Of a stretch of 64,000 nt of DNA, positions 12,620-25,424 are shown piece by piece. Source of the stretch: Lophium mytilinum (Eukaryota); contig MU004191.1 of assembly GCA_010093605.1 (NCBI GenBank), forward strand, positions 1,472,816-1,536,815, written 5' to 3'. Made by a program: the position numbers and the translations under genes. Positions within the stretch are counted from its first letter, which is position 1. Every line of letters begins with the position of its first letter. The notes beneath the pieces were generated by a model. It was given only the letters and a program-made list of their open reading frames with translations, did no database searches and was not told where the DNA came from.

Positions 12620-15600
12620 ATGCAATCAGGGCCCTCAAACGATTCTCAAAATAATTTCACCCAAGAACCTACCCAAGACGATCAGAACCCCTCCCAGCAT
12701 GGACGCCTCCCTGATGATGACCCGGCCTCACCGCTCTCTCTTGACGGAGAGCGGAGAGTGCCAGACCAGCCTCGGGGCGAGGTCGCGCGCGATGGCGCGG
12801 CTCCGTCGCACAGTCGCGACGCGGCCGATCCCCATGAATCCGCGCGATTGAGCCAAACGTCGCCGTCTCCCGGCAGCCGCATCGAAGAATATGAGAATTC
12901 AGCTGCACAATTGATCAGAAAAAAGTCCGATGGGCCTGTATTTGAGGTTATCAAGAAGGCTAGGACGCCTGATGACAAGCGTTCTCCTATCACGAATCTT
13001 CCCAATGGTATGTCACACCCTCCGACTCATGATCCCAACTACTTCAAGTGCATTGCTAAGACCTGCTATCTAGAAATCCTTACCCATGCATTGTCGCACT
13101 TATCGCCAAACGACTTATCTGCGGTTTCCCTGGTCTCGCGTCGCTTCAATGACTTGGTAACCACGCCGCATGCCTGGCGAGTTGCCTTTGCTCGTTACTT
13201 CCCCGGCCCGGAATCTTTGAAAGAACAGTCTGCACAATTGGCCTTGGAAGACACTGGCGAGATTCTGCGTTCGGAGAAGCGTTCCTTTGCGAGGCTTACT
13301 GCATTGGCTTCTTGGCGGAGCGAATACATCCTGAGGACTCGGCTGTTGCGGTCTTTGACAAGAGGGAAACCGGTGCAAACACCCACCTCGTTGGCCGCCG
13401 CACGAGCTGGACAATCTCAGGCTGCCAGCCCTATTGTCATGTACAACGCACAGACTTTCACAACCGTCAATCACATCCATGCCACCTTTGGCTCTGGTCT
13501 GAACAAACGTCTTCCGAGATTTATCCACGGTTCGGACGATGTGGGCGCCGCTTCGAGCAGTGACCCATCTGCGTGCAAAGTGGATAGCTGGGGCATGTCA
13601 GATCCGGAGTTCTTCGCTCAATTCGCCGAACGATTCCCCGGAGATGCCCAATGGGGTCTTGGGCCAGGTGACGTTATCGGATGCCCAAATGTTATGGACG
13701 TTAGCCAACCGCATGGCATGGTCTATGGTATAGGATTTGACGGAGGTTTCGTTTACTATCGACCAATCGAGGAACAACGTGGTCGCTTCATAGCTCCAGC
13801 GTCTGAATTGAGTATGCCGAATCTGGGCATTCCCAGGATGCCAACTGTCAGTGGTGCTATCACTGCTGTCTGGATCGCTAAGACAGCAACCATCCCATCT
13901 CTTTCGGAGGGCCTCGTCGGTATCATGACGGGGTCTGCCAATGGTGTTGTCACAGCTTGCAGTCTTGGCTCAGATGGACTACGCAGTCATCGAATGCAGC
14001 GAGGCGAGCTTACTGCTCGCTGGTGTCTCAGTCCAGGTGTACCCATTATCGCCATTGACGTCGACGAGTCGTATTCCTTTAAGAGACAGGCGCAGAATCG
14101 TATCTGGGCTGTCGCCTTGAACGCCTTAGGAGAAGTCTTCTACCTCACAAAGTTTCCGACGCGTGGAACTCTGCCGAAAGACAATATTGCACCCGACAAT
14201 GCCACGGAATGCCTCGCGTGGGTAACAGGCCGCAGCGTTTACTGGGGTCTCGTGGAGCCTAGTAGACGTGCTGCAAGATTCAATCCTTACAGCGACTCCG
14301 ATATTGACGGAAGCTATTCGCCCCGTTCTTCGTGGGATGGAATGTGTTTGAGCCTCGAGCAGATCCGATCCGAAACCAAGGAAATCCAGCAATTCCTTCG
14401 AAAGAAGCCAAAGGACTTTCGCAAGTCTTGCAATGGCTGGGACATGAGACGACGGTTGGAGGTCGATTTTGCAGGCGACGATGGCAACTACGCCGGTGAA
14501 GCCATTGTGGTGTTTGAGTGCGGCATAGAGGAAGACGACAATGCCTGTGTCAAGAGGTTCACCCGCTGCAAAGTTCAAGATAAAGACAATACTGGTACCA
14601 CTTCCAGGCCTTCGGAACTTCACGAACCAATCTCGCTTTTTGGACGCGCATCGACCCCCGAGACTACTTTCAAACAGCCTCTCGGCCAGCGTCTTCGGAG
14701 TTCATCCTATGTGTCTACGAGTTCATCGCCTGAGAGGGGGACACTGGTGGAAGAATGGCGATGCTCTACACTCTCTTTTGGCGGGTTTAGGAACATCGAG
14801 CTTACTACGACAACCTTAGACTCGTCAACCTTCGCGACGCTTACATTGTCAGAAGATCCCGTCCTTGGATTCTCAACCGCATCGAACGCATCGTCTCCCT
14901 ATGCGTCGCCACAGAGTGCGATGAGCCAACCGTCGTCTCCATCTGATATCCCCGGGCAGCGTGCGCGCTTTGTTGCGGCAGGTACCAAGACCGGATGCAT
15001 CTTAATCTGGGACATTCGTGCGCCAGTATCTCGCAGTTCCGAGATTATTAATATGATTGAGCCTATTCGCATCATTTACACTGAGTCTCCTGAGATCTCT
15101 TCGCTGGCCATGACCGCGCTGTACCTTGTTCATGGCGGAAACGATGGTCTAGTTCAAGCCTGGGACCCTCTTGCTTCATCTACGCAGCCAATCCGGACTT
15201 TGAACTCTCGGTTTTCCTCACGGGCTCGTCGTCGCCTGGTGCAAGCCCAAACGTCTGTCCAGGGAGTTGGCATCAACATGTTCGCAGCTGGCGCTATTGT
15301 GCTTGATCCGGATCCAACTGTTCTGCGTGGCATGGTATCTCTCGGCACGCAGCTTCGATACTGGAGCTTCAGTTCAACCGCCGCTGATCAGTATAGATCA
15401 CAGAAACGCCGTCTCCGTCGCTCGGCGCGAGGCAGCAACAACGGTGGTGAGCGATTTGCTGGGACAGGCAGAGCTGGCATTAAAGACTTCATTGCCAACG
15501 AAGCGTACGAGCTTGAGCGTGAGAAGGAATCGAGGCATCGGAGAGCCAATCAGCTGGCCAAGCGTTTCGGCGTTGATCTGTTGGGCAGTGAAGAGGAGGC

Positions 15601-16129
15601 ATTGGCGTATGCAGCCTTGCTCAGCCAGGAAAGCTTGGAAGAGGACAGGAGAAAGAGAAGTGAAAGCGGTGGAACTAGTGCGCTGAGGAGCAATACCGTC
15701 ACGCCGGAAGCTAGTGTCAGTGGTAACGTGGCAGACACCTCTGGAAGGGGTGATACCGAAGCAGCAATCGATGATGACCTCGCGGAAGCTATCAGACGAA
15801 GCTTGGAAGAGTCTGATGGGGGCTTGGTGTCGCCCTCGGCGTACTTTCGGGACCACCCAATCCCTGGCGGGAGTGCTGGGTTTGACATTCCTGTTCGATA
15901 TGCGAAAGCTAGGCGGTCGCCAACGTCTCGCTCCAGGTCATCCCCAGTGCTAGAAACCGTTGGAAGCGCCAGTGCGAGCGCGGAAATGGACGACTTGGAG
16001 TACGCCCTGCAGCTGAGTCTTGCAGAGGAGGAGAGCAAGATGATTGCGAGTGCTGTGGCTGAAGAAGATGAGTTTCCTGCATTGAGTCCGAGTCCGAAGG
16101 GGAAGGGCAAGGGGAAACGGAGAGCTTGA
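12620..16129 (+). CDS. F-box / WD-repeat protein with C-terminal UIM motifs (Pof10-like)
   Basis: After removing intron 13008-13073 the F-box reads ITNLPNEILTHALSHLSPNDLSAVSLVSRRF. WD-like repeats (ILIWD, GLVQAWD). UIM-like EEEALAYAALLS, DDLAEAIRRSL and DDLEYALQLSLAEE. Confidence 0.85.
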   Translation: MQSGPSNDSQNNFTQEPTQDDQNPSQHGRLPDDDPASPLSLDGERRVPDQPRGEVARDGAAPSHSRDAADPHESARLSQTSPSPGSRIEEYENSAAQLIRKKSDGPVFEVIKKARTPDDKRSPITNLPNGMSHPPTHDPNYFKCIAKTCYLEILTHALSHLSPNDLSAVSLVSRRFNDLVTTPHAWRVAFARYFPGPESLKEQSAQLALEDTGEILRSEKRSFARLTALASWRSEYILRTRLLRSLTRGKPVQTPTSLAAARAGQSQAASPIVMYNAQTFTTVNHIHATFGSGLNKRLPRFIHGSDDVGAASSSDPSACKVDSWGMSDPEFFAQFAERFPGDAQWGLGPGDVIGCPNVMDVSQPHGMVYGIGFDGGFVYYRPIEEQRGRFIAPASELSMPNLGIPRMPTVSGAITAVWIAKTATIPSLSEGLVGIMTGSANGVVTACSLGSDGLRSHRMQRGELTARWCLSPGVPIIAIDVDESYSFKRQAQNRIWAVALNALGEVFYLTKFPTRGTLPKDNIAPDNATECLAWVTGRSVYWGLVEPSRRAARFNPYSDSDIDGSYSPRSSWDGMCLSLEQIRSETKEIQQFLRKKPKDFRKSCNGWDMRRRLEVDFAGDDGNYAGEAIVVFECGIEEDDNACVKRFTRCKVQDKDNTGTTSRPSELHEPISLFGRASTPETTFKQPLGQRLRSSSYVSTSSSPERGTLVEEWRCSTLSFGGFRNIELTTTTLDSSTFATLTLSEDPVLGFSTASNASSPYASPQSAMSQPSSPSDIPGQRARFVAAGTKTGCILIWDIRAPVSRSSEIINMIEPIRIIYTESPEISSLAMTALYLVHGGNDGLVQAWDPLASSTQPIRTLNSRFSSRARRRLVQAQTSVQGVGINMFAAGAIVLDPDPTVLRGMVSLGTQLRYWSFSSTAADQYRSQKRRLRRSARGSNNGGERFAGTGRAGIKDFIANEAYELEREKESRHRRANQLAKRFGVDLLGSEEEALAYAALLSQESLEEDRRKRSESGGTSALRSNTVTPEASVSGNVADTSGRGDTEAAIDDDLAEAIRRSLEESDGGLVSPSAYFRDHPIPGGSAGFDIPVRYAKARRSPTSRSRSSPVLETVGSASASAEMDDLEYALQLSLAEEESKMIASAVAEEDEFPALSPSPKGKGKGKRRA

Positions 16130-17221
16130 GCTTCTGTTGTGTCTTTTTTCTCTTTTTGCTTGTGCGTTATACCTTGGACCTTTCTCCGATGGGAGTGACT
16201 GGGCGATCTCATGATCTGCTCACTTAGCCCAGAGCTTTTAGGACGGTTGCGGTGGGAGATGTAATAATAGTCCGGGGCCTTTTCTTCTGCTTTTCTCGAT
16301 TGCTTTTTACTTCATAGCAGCTCATTGCCTGCGGTTGCTGTTCAACACTGGCATAGTCATCCAATTGCTTGCCAGAATTCAAATTCACACCTTTTACCCA
16401 AGGATAGCCTTTTCCTCCTGACTCGCACGGCTATGAAATCTCTTATGGCATTGTATCCACCCGCGTGGCTGTATGTGACAACGATGCAATCCACAGCATT
16501 GTACTAATTCGCATGCGATTACAGCATCTCAATTCTCCTATGCCCTGAACCAACATATGCCAAGGCGGGTGCCCCCTTCCGAATCACATCTCACGTCCTT
16601 CGGATCACGCACCAGGTACAGAAAACACCTCCCCCGGCTTCCCGCTAAGCGTGAGACGTATCGTATGTTAAATCCGGGAATGAGACATCAGGCCAACCAA
16701 TAAGAAATATCCTAATCATTAAATCTCAACTCATAGCCGACGCAGTGAGTAGTTGCGTGGCGTGTCCACAGCACCCATCCAATACAGCACTCTCGCTACC
16801 CCGAAGCAGTAAAGCTACTTCCGGCGCCGCCAATATCAGTAATTCCCTCTACGTGCCAGAGGTGTCGTCGCTTAGGACTCGACCCCCGAGTCCCATATTC
16901 CCGGGGTTTAGGGAAGTTGGGATGGGCCGCGCATCAGTAGCAAAACTCTAAATTTTCTAATTGCCGGACGGAGTTTTCCCCGACCCTCGGCACTTGGGTG
17001 GGCGTGGGCCATGACTCGGGAAGCCGGGGTGTCTGCGAAGGGGGGTTTCGGTGAAGATCTGCTGGGTGGGCAGGGGAGTGGGGGGCTGGGGTGCGGTAGG
17101 TGCCGTGGCTGGGGGTGCGTGTGGGTTGAGGCTGAGGAGGCTCGGTTGGGTTAGGAGAGGGAGATCTGCTGGGGTGGGGTTTGAGGGGGATGAGGGGGCG
17201 GTCAAGGATTGTGTAGTTAGT

Positions 17222-17945
17222 TAGCAGGGAGGGAGGTAGGAGGGTTGGTCTGGTTTTGTGGGAATCAAGGTGCGGTTTGAGGAGGGTGAAGAGGCGGCGG
17301 ATGCGGAAGTCATCTGGATGGTAGGGGGAATGGGGGGTGTGAGTGACTGGTGGTTGGGTTTCACTGTCGAGCTGTTCTCCCTCTTTGGCGAGGAGGCGTA
17401 GGCGAGCAGAGTCAATGGGCCATGGGTTCTGTTGCAGGTATCTATGGTTTACGTGTAGGTGAGAATATCGAATTGGTGAAGATGAGAGTGGGAGCGCTGA
17501 AGCTCGGAGATATAGTAGCGAATATACTAGTATGTCGATTTGTGTAGAGGAAAGACTGACATGCGTCGATGCATTGTTTTTACTGTGCTTCGAAGATCGA
17601 TGGATTTAATTAAAGAGGTGGTAGACTGGGCGATTGGAAATGTAGCCTACTTTTGATATCATTATCAGAAAGTGACGTTAGTAAAGTGTTCCTGTACCTC
17701 TCATTTCTGCGAAATCGAAAATGATGCTGGATAGCCCGTACAATCTCGCGGCTGTTGCTTGATATCTTGTGAAAAAAGACTTCAAGCGCGACAAGTTGAA
17801 AAAGAATCGTTGTTGGAACTACGGCGAATGACGAATGTCTTCCTCGATCGCACTCACTAAGCATATGGTCTTTACAATTCAGGCATGCCCTCAGAGGATA
17901 TGATAGGAAAAACTGCTCCGCGAAAGCCAAGTCCAAGTCAGCCAT
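17222..17945 (-). other. Possible orphan gene or pseudogene
   Basis: ATG ORF MADLDLAFAEQFF... (to 17610) is followed immediately by a second, frame-shifted, start-less open frame (~17605-17222). No recognisable family. Confidence 0.25.
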
Positions 17946-20900
17946 CGTGGCCGTATTTCGAAGTTCAATGAACGACGGAAAATCGAGGGAACCAGGAAAG
18001 CTGAGCAGTGTTGGACATACAAACCCTAAGCAATACCGAATGCGATAAGTTGTTTGAGAAAAAGCCATTTATAGCATATATCAGATAAATCAACCTCCTC
18101 CTGAGAGAGGATATAGGTTTCCCTTTTTCAACAAGCAGTGACTGATCTACGGGAATACCCTAAGAACTACGGGAATAGTACCCCAAGTAGGCTTCGTTGA
18201 ACACGAAGTGGCAGTCTACGAATCTGTGACTATATTATTAACTTTAGACACTTCAGGGGCATACCGCTCTGGGCCTATATAAAGTTACGTAGGCCTGCTT
18301 GCGGCCCCCTTGTGTGATTTATGAATCGGAAAGGGACAGCACTAACACGCCTGGCAACTCTTCAATAGACTGCTACGTTAGGTTCAATGAAGCCAGCCAG
18401 GGCACTTCCTCAGAAGACGAGTCGTCACTACGTGATTCAGATGAGTGCTACGTATAACGTCTCGGGTCCTTTCCCGCCATCCGGCCCGAACCAGTCGTGC
18501 ACTGCGCGGGTATGCGCTCTGTTAGGTCTCACGGAAATACTACCGTATCCGCGTTCAGTCCCAAAGGTCTGGGAACACGAGCACACGGCTCTCAGAGTGC
18601 TTTGGATCTTGAGTAGGTATGGATGATGCTTGTGTCCGGGGGTTGACAATTACTCGTGGTGCAACAGTGGGTTTGAGAAACGGCGCTCTAGCGCATATGC
18701 TATGTCATGTTGAGGCTGTGCTAGTTGCAGCGGCACTCGCGGGTAAGCAATATATCAATTAGATGGTGAAAATGATTGTTTTGTTGGAGTGTTACTTAAA
18801 AAGACGATGCGGAGAGACAGAGCTCGAAATATCTTATCGCGCGCATCAAACCAACATACTGTTTGCGGGTGTGCACACGACAGAAAGAGTATATTGCGCG
18901 AGCTAGCGGGACAAGCAAGCGGTACGAGTCAACTGGCCGCAAAGAGTGGATCCAGCGGCTATCAGGACCGTGCGATTTCCGTCCGTCGAACGGATGCGGG
19001 ACGAGCGCTCTCCACTCGCAACCAGAGTGCTGGAATACTGGAATTCCACCGGCGCGGCGTACGTGACTCTGCAGAGTCATGCAAGAGACACTCTTATAAG
19101 GATAGTCCAAGACTTCGCTGGATTCACTGACTCGGGGCCCGGAATGTTTTGTCGTCGCAAGCGCGAGCCATTTGCGTGCAGCAAAAGTACAGGCAGAACG
19201 AAGAAGGATGCCTAAGTGTCTGAAACGGCTCGATCCGCTCGGGCCGCTATATGTTTTGGGTCGTAGGGCCGAGGGATCGGTCCATTGAGCCCAGGGTCAC
19301 GAGAGAGTGAGCAGACCCTGCGGAAAGGGAAGTTGAGGGCAGCGCGGCCGTTTGATGTGTCGCTGGGATGGGCGTTTGATTGTCCCGCCGGCGATTTGCG
19401 CGTGATAGTGTGCTGATTACGCGGATGGACCATGCTTGTACGAGGACCGAGTAGAGCTAGAACTACCGGAGAGTCTGTGGGTAAGTAATGTTGAGTACTA
19501 AAGCGCGATGGACTTTTAGCTGCGACCGATTGACGTTAGGAAAAGAGCCGCGACTCAGACAGTCCCAACCGTGCCAAGGGTTCCGTTGTAAACAGCCGGA
19601 AAACTTCACGAGAAGCTTTGGGAGTCCTGACTCACTGGGAGGACTAGTCCGGCCTTTGTGTTAGGCAGTCGTTGTTGTCGGCCTTCTAAGCAACGTGACA
19701 AGTAAGATTGGTGAAGCGCCGGATAGCAAGCAGAGAATACATCAGGCTAACAGCGCGTTGTGGCAACCTCTTACGTGGCTAATGCTGCGACAGTATATGA
19801 GTACTGCTAATCATTCATCACATAAGAGGCGTTGTTATGATGTGCTGGCAACCTGTCCAGTATGACGGCATCGTCCTGGGTGGAGTTGAAGACCAGAGTG
19901 ATGCAACATGAACTCATCTACTGGCAGAAGTGCGCGGGCAGGATGGGTGACGATTGAAAGAGGCAGTCATCGAGGTCGAAAAGGAGGAGGGGGGAACTTT
20001 CACTGTCAATGATAGGATCTCGGGGATACTCAGAATACTCACGCCTGTGGTGGCCTCTGCTGGAACGACAAACGGCCTGACTGAGGCGCGGTGGTCCTGC
20101 TCGTTTGATGTTCTGAACTGCACAGGGCACAGCGTCTGGCCTCTGCGATGCCGGCGAGGATCTGGATTCGAGGCTTTGAAACAGGAGTACATATACGTAT
20201 TCGCAGAGCAGGGCCGACGCTATTCTCCTGAGACAGTCTGGCGGTCTGGCTATGCAGGCTGATGTAGTGCGTCTGGTTCTGCTCGTGATACAGCAGCCGT
20301 CGAAAGCTTTGGGGTGCCGCCAGGGCCTCTGGGTGCCATGGGCGAGAGGCCCTTTTATTGGCAAAACGCGCGCCGCAGGGAAGACACACTCAGGGCGCCC
20401 AGGATGCGGGAGAGCTGGGACCAGCCGCCATGGGCTGGGGAGGCCGCCGCAGAGGCTTGGGACTCTGTCCTGACGCCGTCGGGATCGCAGGTGAAACTTA
20501 CGTGAGAGCCTGCACGCCGGTCTCCTGCCAAGCGCCCTCGTCAAGGCTGATCGTGGGGACACATGCGCTTCTGAGGCCTGCTGAGCAAGGAGCTGTCGTG
20601 CATCTCCATCTCGAGACGGTGGACTGCATTGCTGTCGCTGAGTGCCGTCACCAGACCGCCAACGTTCGTCGCCGTGGCTAAAATTGTCCTAATAGTAGGA
20701 TACCGCACCCGTATGCACGACTAAATACGGGTAAGTGTCTCTTTTCTGCCAGACGCCACATGCAGGGGTTGAGCTTACGTGATAGTGGCGAATTCATAAG
20801 ACTTTATGAAAGTTACCGGTTAATACTGCTGATCAAGATCATCGAAAGCGGTGACAGGGGCAGTGCGCCAATCGCAGGTGGAGAGCCGCGAGGTGGTCCG

Positions 20901-22764
20901 TGACGGCGCTTACAGTACAGTATCCGGGGTTATCTTACCTCGGAATCCGAGCTGCATACACCGTCCTGATACAGTAAGGAGTAACAGATCAGTGTAGCGG
21001 TAACCCCTCCAAGCCTAGATTTTGCGCTTGCAGCAACCCTTGTATACGGGCGCGGTATCTCCCTAATGACCTGCCGGAGCCGCACGAGAGCCCATGGCAT
21101 GGAGGGGATAGAGCAGTGGCATATTGATATCAGGCCTTGCCACGCGCTGTTGCACGCAGCATGCAGGTGATGGTCTGGCGGCTCGGGATGGCCTGGCGGT
21201 TCAGGATTTCCCTCGTTCGCAGCAGCCTCCACTCTTCTGGAAGCGCTGCTCGTGTCTGGCTAGCAAGGATGCGTGAGCCTCGGGCGACTGACACTTGGTA
21301 TGCACTTTGGATAGACGAAGCTGCAATCAAGGCCGCGGTGCAGTCACCCATCCACGGTTCCCATGCTCGTCCTCCGTTGCTTTGCGAAAGAAGCAGTGCG
21401 GACAGGACTGAGTGTCTCGAGCTGGCGCGGAGGCTCGCGGAGGTTCGATCATGAGGGCGTCGGTAGCTGCGGATGCGTAGTGCGATCGATGCGCATGCAA
21501 TAACGATAGATATGAGAAGTCGCTTGACAAAACGGCCAGCTGCTCTGCTAGGTGGTATCTGGCCTTAGCTGCACGACGCTTTGGGTCTATCGCACCACTC
21601 TGCCAACACTTGGTCTAGGATAGTGAGCCGCGAGATGATTTCACTGACTGATATCTCCACGTATATCGGAGCTACAAGCACCGAACTGGCCCCGTTAGAC
21701 TCAGAGCCTTCTGATCTATGATGCAACTTGGTTGGGCCATGAAGCTCGACTAGGATAGGGTATAGGTCTTTTGGAAGAGAGCCTACCGCAGCGGGCTTGT
21801 CACTGCACGATTTGGGCTATTCTCGCGTCCAAACTTGAAGACTCGACCACACTATACTGAACAATAGACGTCGGCGAATCCAGCGGTGTAATTGCTGTCC
21901 TTATAGCATCAGTAGATGTGGAGGTGTTTAGCACTGACGGCCCGCATGCTGCTAGAACGGAATAAAGCGGGCCCTCGCCGGCTTCAGACCAGTAGAAGTC
22001 CGGCTCGCGCTCCGCGGACAACTTGGACGGCCTAACTGCCCAGGAGGGTATAGGGCGTTCCCGCGCGTCCGGGATGCATTTGCTCACCAAGCCGCGACTC
22101 GGCCTGCACGCTGCGAACGGAGAGCACGCTTTCGACCCTCCTGCCGCGCGCCCTCGGTGCCCTCACCGCGCCCCCATCTGCTGGCTGCACCGGCGCCTGC
22201 ACATCTCGGCTTCGCATTTGGCCGCACTGTTGACGGTACCGCCGCTCTAACGCTGGGTTTCGCGGCTCCAGGGGATGCCTGCCGGGCGCACATTGGGACC
22301 AAGAAACCGACCTTCTGCCGCAGTTCACGGGCCTTACCACACCCTTGGGAGCGCCCTTGTAGGGATGGGCTGATCCACTCTCCACCCATACCAAAGTACA
22401 AACACCCGCCGTCGCCCTCGCCCAGTCCTGCCGAGAGACCACGCCAGTCGACCGCGCCCTGGACGACGAGGCCGAACACCGCACCGTTAGCCTTCACGAC
22501 GTCTGCTCTGTCCCGAGCCGACTCGCTGCTATCGCCATATTCCCAATCCCGCTGCGTCGGAGGACCCGACGTTTCGTTGCTGTCTCAGCTGCTGACCACC
22601 GTTCTTCGAATCTCCGCACTCGCTGGCCCTAATACCCCACGTTTCCGACCACGCATCTACCTGCAAGCAACGCATCGCATTCTTGCTTTTTCGTGCCGTC
22701 AAAAATCCCAGAGTGCACACAGGCCACCCTACACTTCGCAGGATTCCATCCCAACACCAGCACG

Positions 22765-23897
22765 ATGAGTTTGCCGGCACCAGCGGCGTCGGACGAGAGC
22801 AATGAGAGGCGGAGGAGCCTCGGAAAGTACGTGAAGAGAATGAGCAGTGTGTTCAAGCGCGGGGGCTCCAGCAGACCATCCGCACCCGCCTCGACATCGA
22901 CTGCTACCCCGGCCACGGCACCGGCAACAACTGCTGCCCCAGAGACGACTACGTGAGGACTTCTGATACTCGCACCTCTCACTGCACTTGCTAATTGACC
23001 TAGACCCGCGGCACCGGCCTCCGCATCCGCTCCCGTGGCGACGTATCAGTACAACAGGAGCGCAGTGCAACAGGAAAGAGCTCGGGCGCTGTTCGCTAAG
23101 TACGGTTTGACGCTGGAATCCCATGAATGGATAACTCCCGCGGCCTCGAATGTGCAGCGGGTGGAGAAGCCCATTCGGATGCGCGTCCACCGGACGTGCC
23201 ACCGATGCGAGACGACGTTTGGACAGGAGCGCGTGTGCGCCAAGTGCCAGCACAAGAGGTGCAAGAAATGCCCTCGCTACCCGAAGAAGAAGGTCATTGG
23301 GGACAACAAGGACGACCTCGTCACTGAACAGCGTCCGAAGAAGAAGATGCTACTCACCATCAAGAGCAAGACGGGTGGAGACCTCGTCTATCAGCCCACG
23401 AAGCAGCGAGTCCGGCGGACTTGCCACAAGTGCGAGTCGTTCTTCAATCCTCCAACCGCCACGGTGTGCGAAAAGTGTGAGCATGTGCGATGCACGCGAT
23501 GCCCTAGGGACCCGGCAAAGCTGAAGAAGTGGCCGGATGGCTACCCTGGAGATGCACCGGCTGAAGATTCTGAAACGGAGCTGGACAATGAAAGACCGAG
23601 ACGCATGTACAGGAGACCACGGCAGAAGGTCAGATGGGAGTGTGAGGAGTGTCAGACTCTGTTCGTCGACGGGGCGTCAAAGTGCGAGGGCTGTGGCCAC
23701 GACCGGTGTGACACTTGCCAAAGAAAACCGTAAGCTACCATTGACATGACCTATTTCTCTCAAGGCTAACGACCGCTTGCAGTCCCAAGAAGAACAGAGT
23801 GCAGAAGGAGTTTGATCCAGAGATCGTAAAGAGCGTGGAAGAAAAGCTGGCTCGATTCAAAGTTGGGGAAACGCCCACCTCGGTGTTGGCTGCATGA
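22765..23897 (+). CDS. Protein with three Cys/His zinc-binding repeats
   Basis: Introns 22953-23003 and 23730-23782 splice in frame. Three copies of C-x2-C-x9/11/10-C-x2-C-x-H-x2-C-x2-C, and a C-terminal FDPEIVKSVEEKL. Confidence 0.85.
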
Positions 23898-25076
23898 TGA
23901 TACCTCTCGCGCACTTCACTCATCATTCACAATGAGACAAGACGATTCACGATTTCGATTTGGCATTCTATAGTGTGGTAATGGGCTAAAAAGGTCACCA
24001 GAACCCCAGGATCTTTCATTTCTACGCAGCCTCGCACGAGGTTTGCGAGCAGGGACGTTGGATGCAACTTTTGCATCCCGAAGGAACAGCATTATCATTC
24101 TCACAATTCATCAGTGACCCCTTTTCCTCTGAAGAGGTTGTCCATTCACTCTTGAATTCTGCTTGTCCTGTTCTGCATGGGTCCCACTAACATGCTTCTG
24201 ACAGCACTGCTAACCTCAGCAGGCTCCTGCAATGTCCCCAACCACTCCCTCAACAAGCCAAGCTGGCCACACGGAACGCCATGTCGCAGCTAGCTGTACC
24301 ACGTCAGATGTCAAGGCGGCATCGTAGCGTGTTCCACGCGCTCGAGGCAGTGCTCAGAGCCCAGCACGCCGGATTGGGACCGCCCTCGATTTTCCCCGGC
24401 CGCCACGGCGTACAAGGTGCAGCATGTTTCTCATACGATTTTTCCCTCGCAGTGGCATGACTGGTATCACAGGAGACGTCTGTCTCACGCGGCGGGGTGG
24501 GCTCCGACCGTGGTGCCACTCCACTCACAGCGGCGGCATGGCGAACTTCCCCGTGCCACGACCATATTGCGGGTTCTGTCCGAACCCACAACCTCCGCAG
24601 TCCTGCAGCGATTAACCTGTCAGAGGGCTGCCGCACCCAATAATGCCACTGGGCGCCGCGGGCCGTGAGCGGCATCTGCCAGGCTGCTTCTCGCGGGTCC
24701 TCCCAGCACCGGCCCGGCCTCAGCGTCCGAGGCACCAGCTGTCGCAGTCCACAGCGGGAGCACTCCCAATTCGCAGACCTGCGCGGTGGGAAGGCACTAA
24801 TGCCTTTGCCGCTCGCGCAGAAAAGCCAGCGAAGGAAGCTGGCGGGCATCGAATATGCACGCACTGACAGCAGGCCCCCTCGACATCGCTTGCGTGGTGG
24901 AAGATGGATCGAAAACCATCCGGGTCCAGATTCACGCCTCTCGGGGCCCTTGCCTGATGCCGCTGGCCCACGCCAAGATGCGTGTGGGGAGCGCAAGGGT
25001 TTTGCGCTGCAGACATAGTGCATCTCCTGCCGACCCTTCCAGGCTGCCCTGCATGCTGCGCTCCTGTATGTATATA

Positions 25077-25424
25077 CAGTAAAACCTCGGTATAGTGTTT
25101 TCGGGGTATAGTGATATACTCTATATAGTGATATATTTCGGCTGACCGTACGTTTTTGTATGAGGAATAGTGATTTCCTGCTTAGTATGGTATTATTAGC
25201 TCCCACTCACCAATATCACACTAACCGGAGGGGATTTTTGTATGGGCGGGTGGTCCGTGGCACCTCCAGCCCCCTTCGACCCCCTTTAAACCCCCCTAAT
25301 TTCGTGTTTTTTGGAGGCCTTTGGCTTACAAATCACTAACACGTGACCCTCGATACAGTAATACTCTCTATACAGTGATACACCCCCGGTGAACAGGCCC
25401 CATCACTATACCGAGGTTTTACTG
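25077..25424. mobile_element. Non-autonomous Tc1/mariner (pogo-like) MITE, 348 bp
   Basis: Perfect 21-bp TIRs CAGTAAAACCTCGGTATAGTG / CACTATACCGAGGTTTTACTG, TA on both flanks, internal TATAGTGATA/TACAGTGATA sub-terminal repeats, no ORF. Confidence 0.9.

Noticed and set aside
18387..22500. Numerous 60-214-aa ORFs on both strands
   Set aside because: No recognisable motifs, no consistent strand or splice pattern; treated as non-coding.
24304..25206. 300-aa minus-strand ORF
   Set aside because: It begins inside the MITE, has R/A/P/W-rich composition typical of GC-rich non-coding frames, and shows no motifs.
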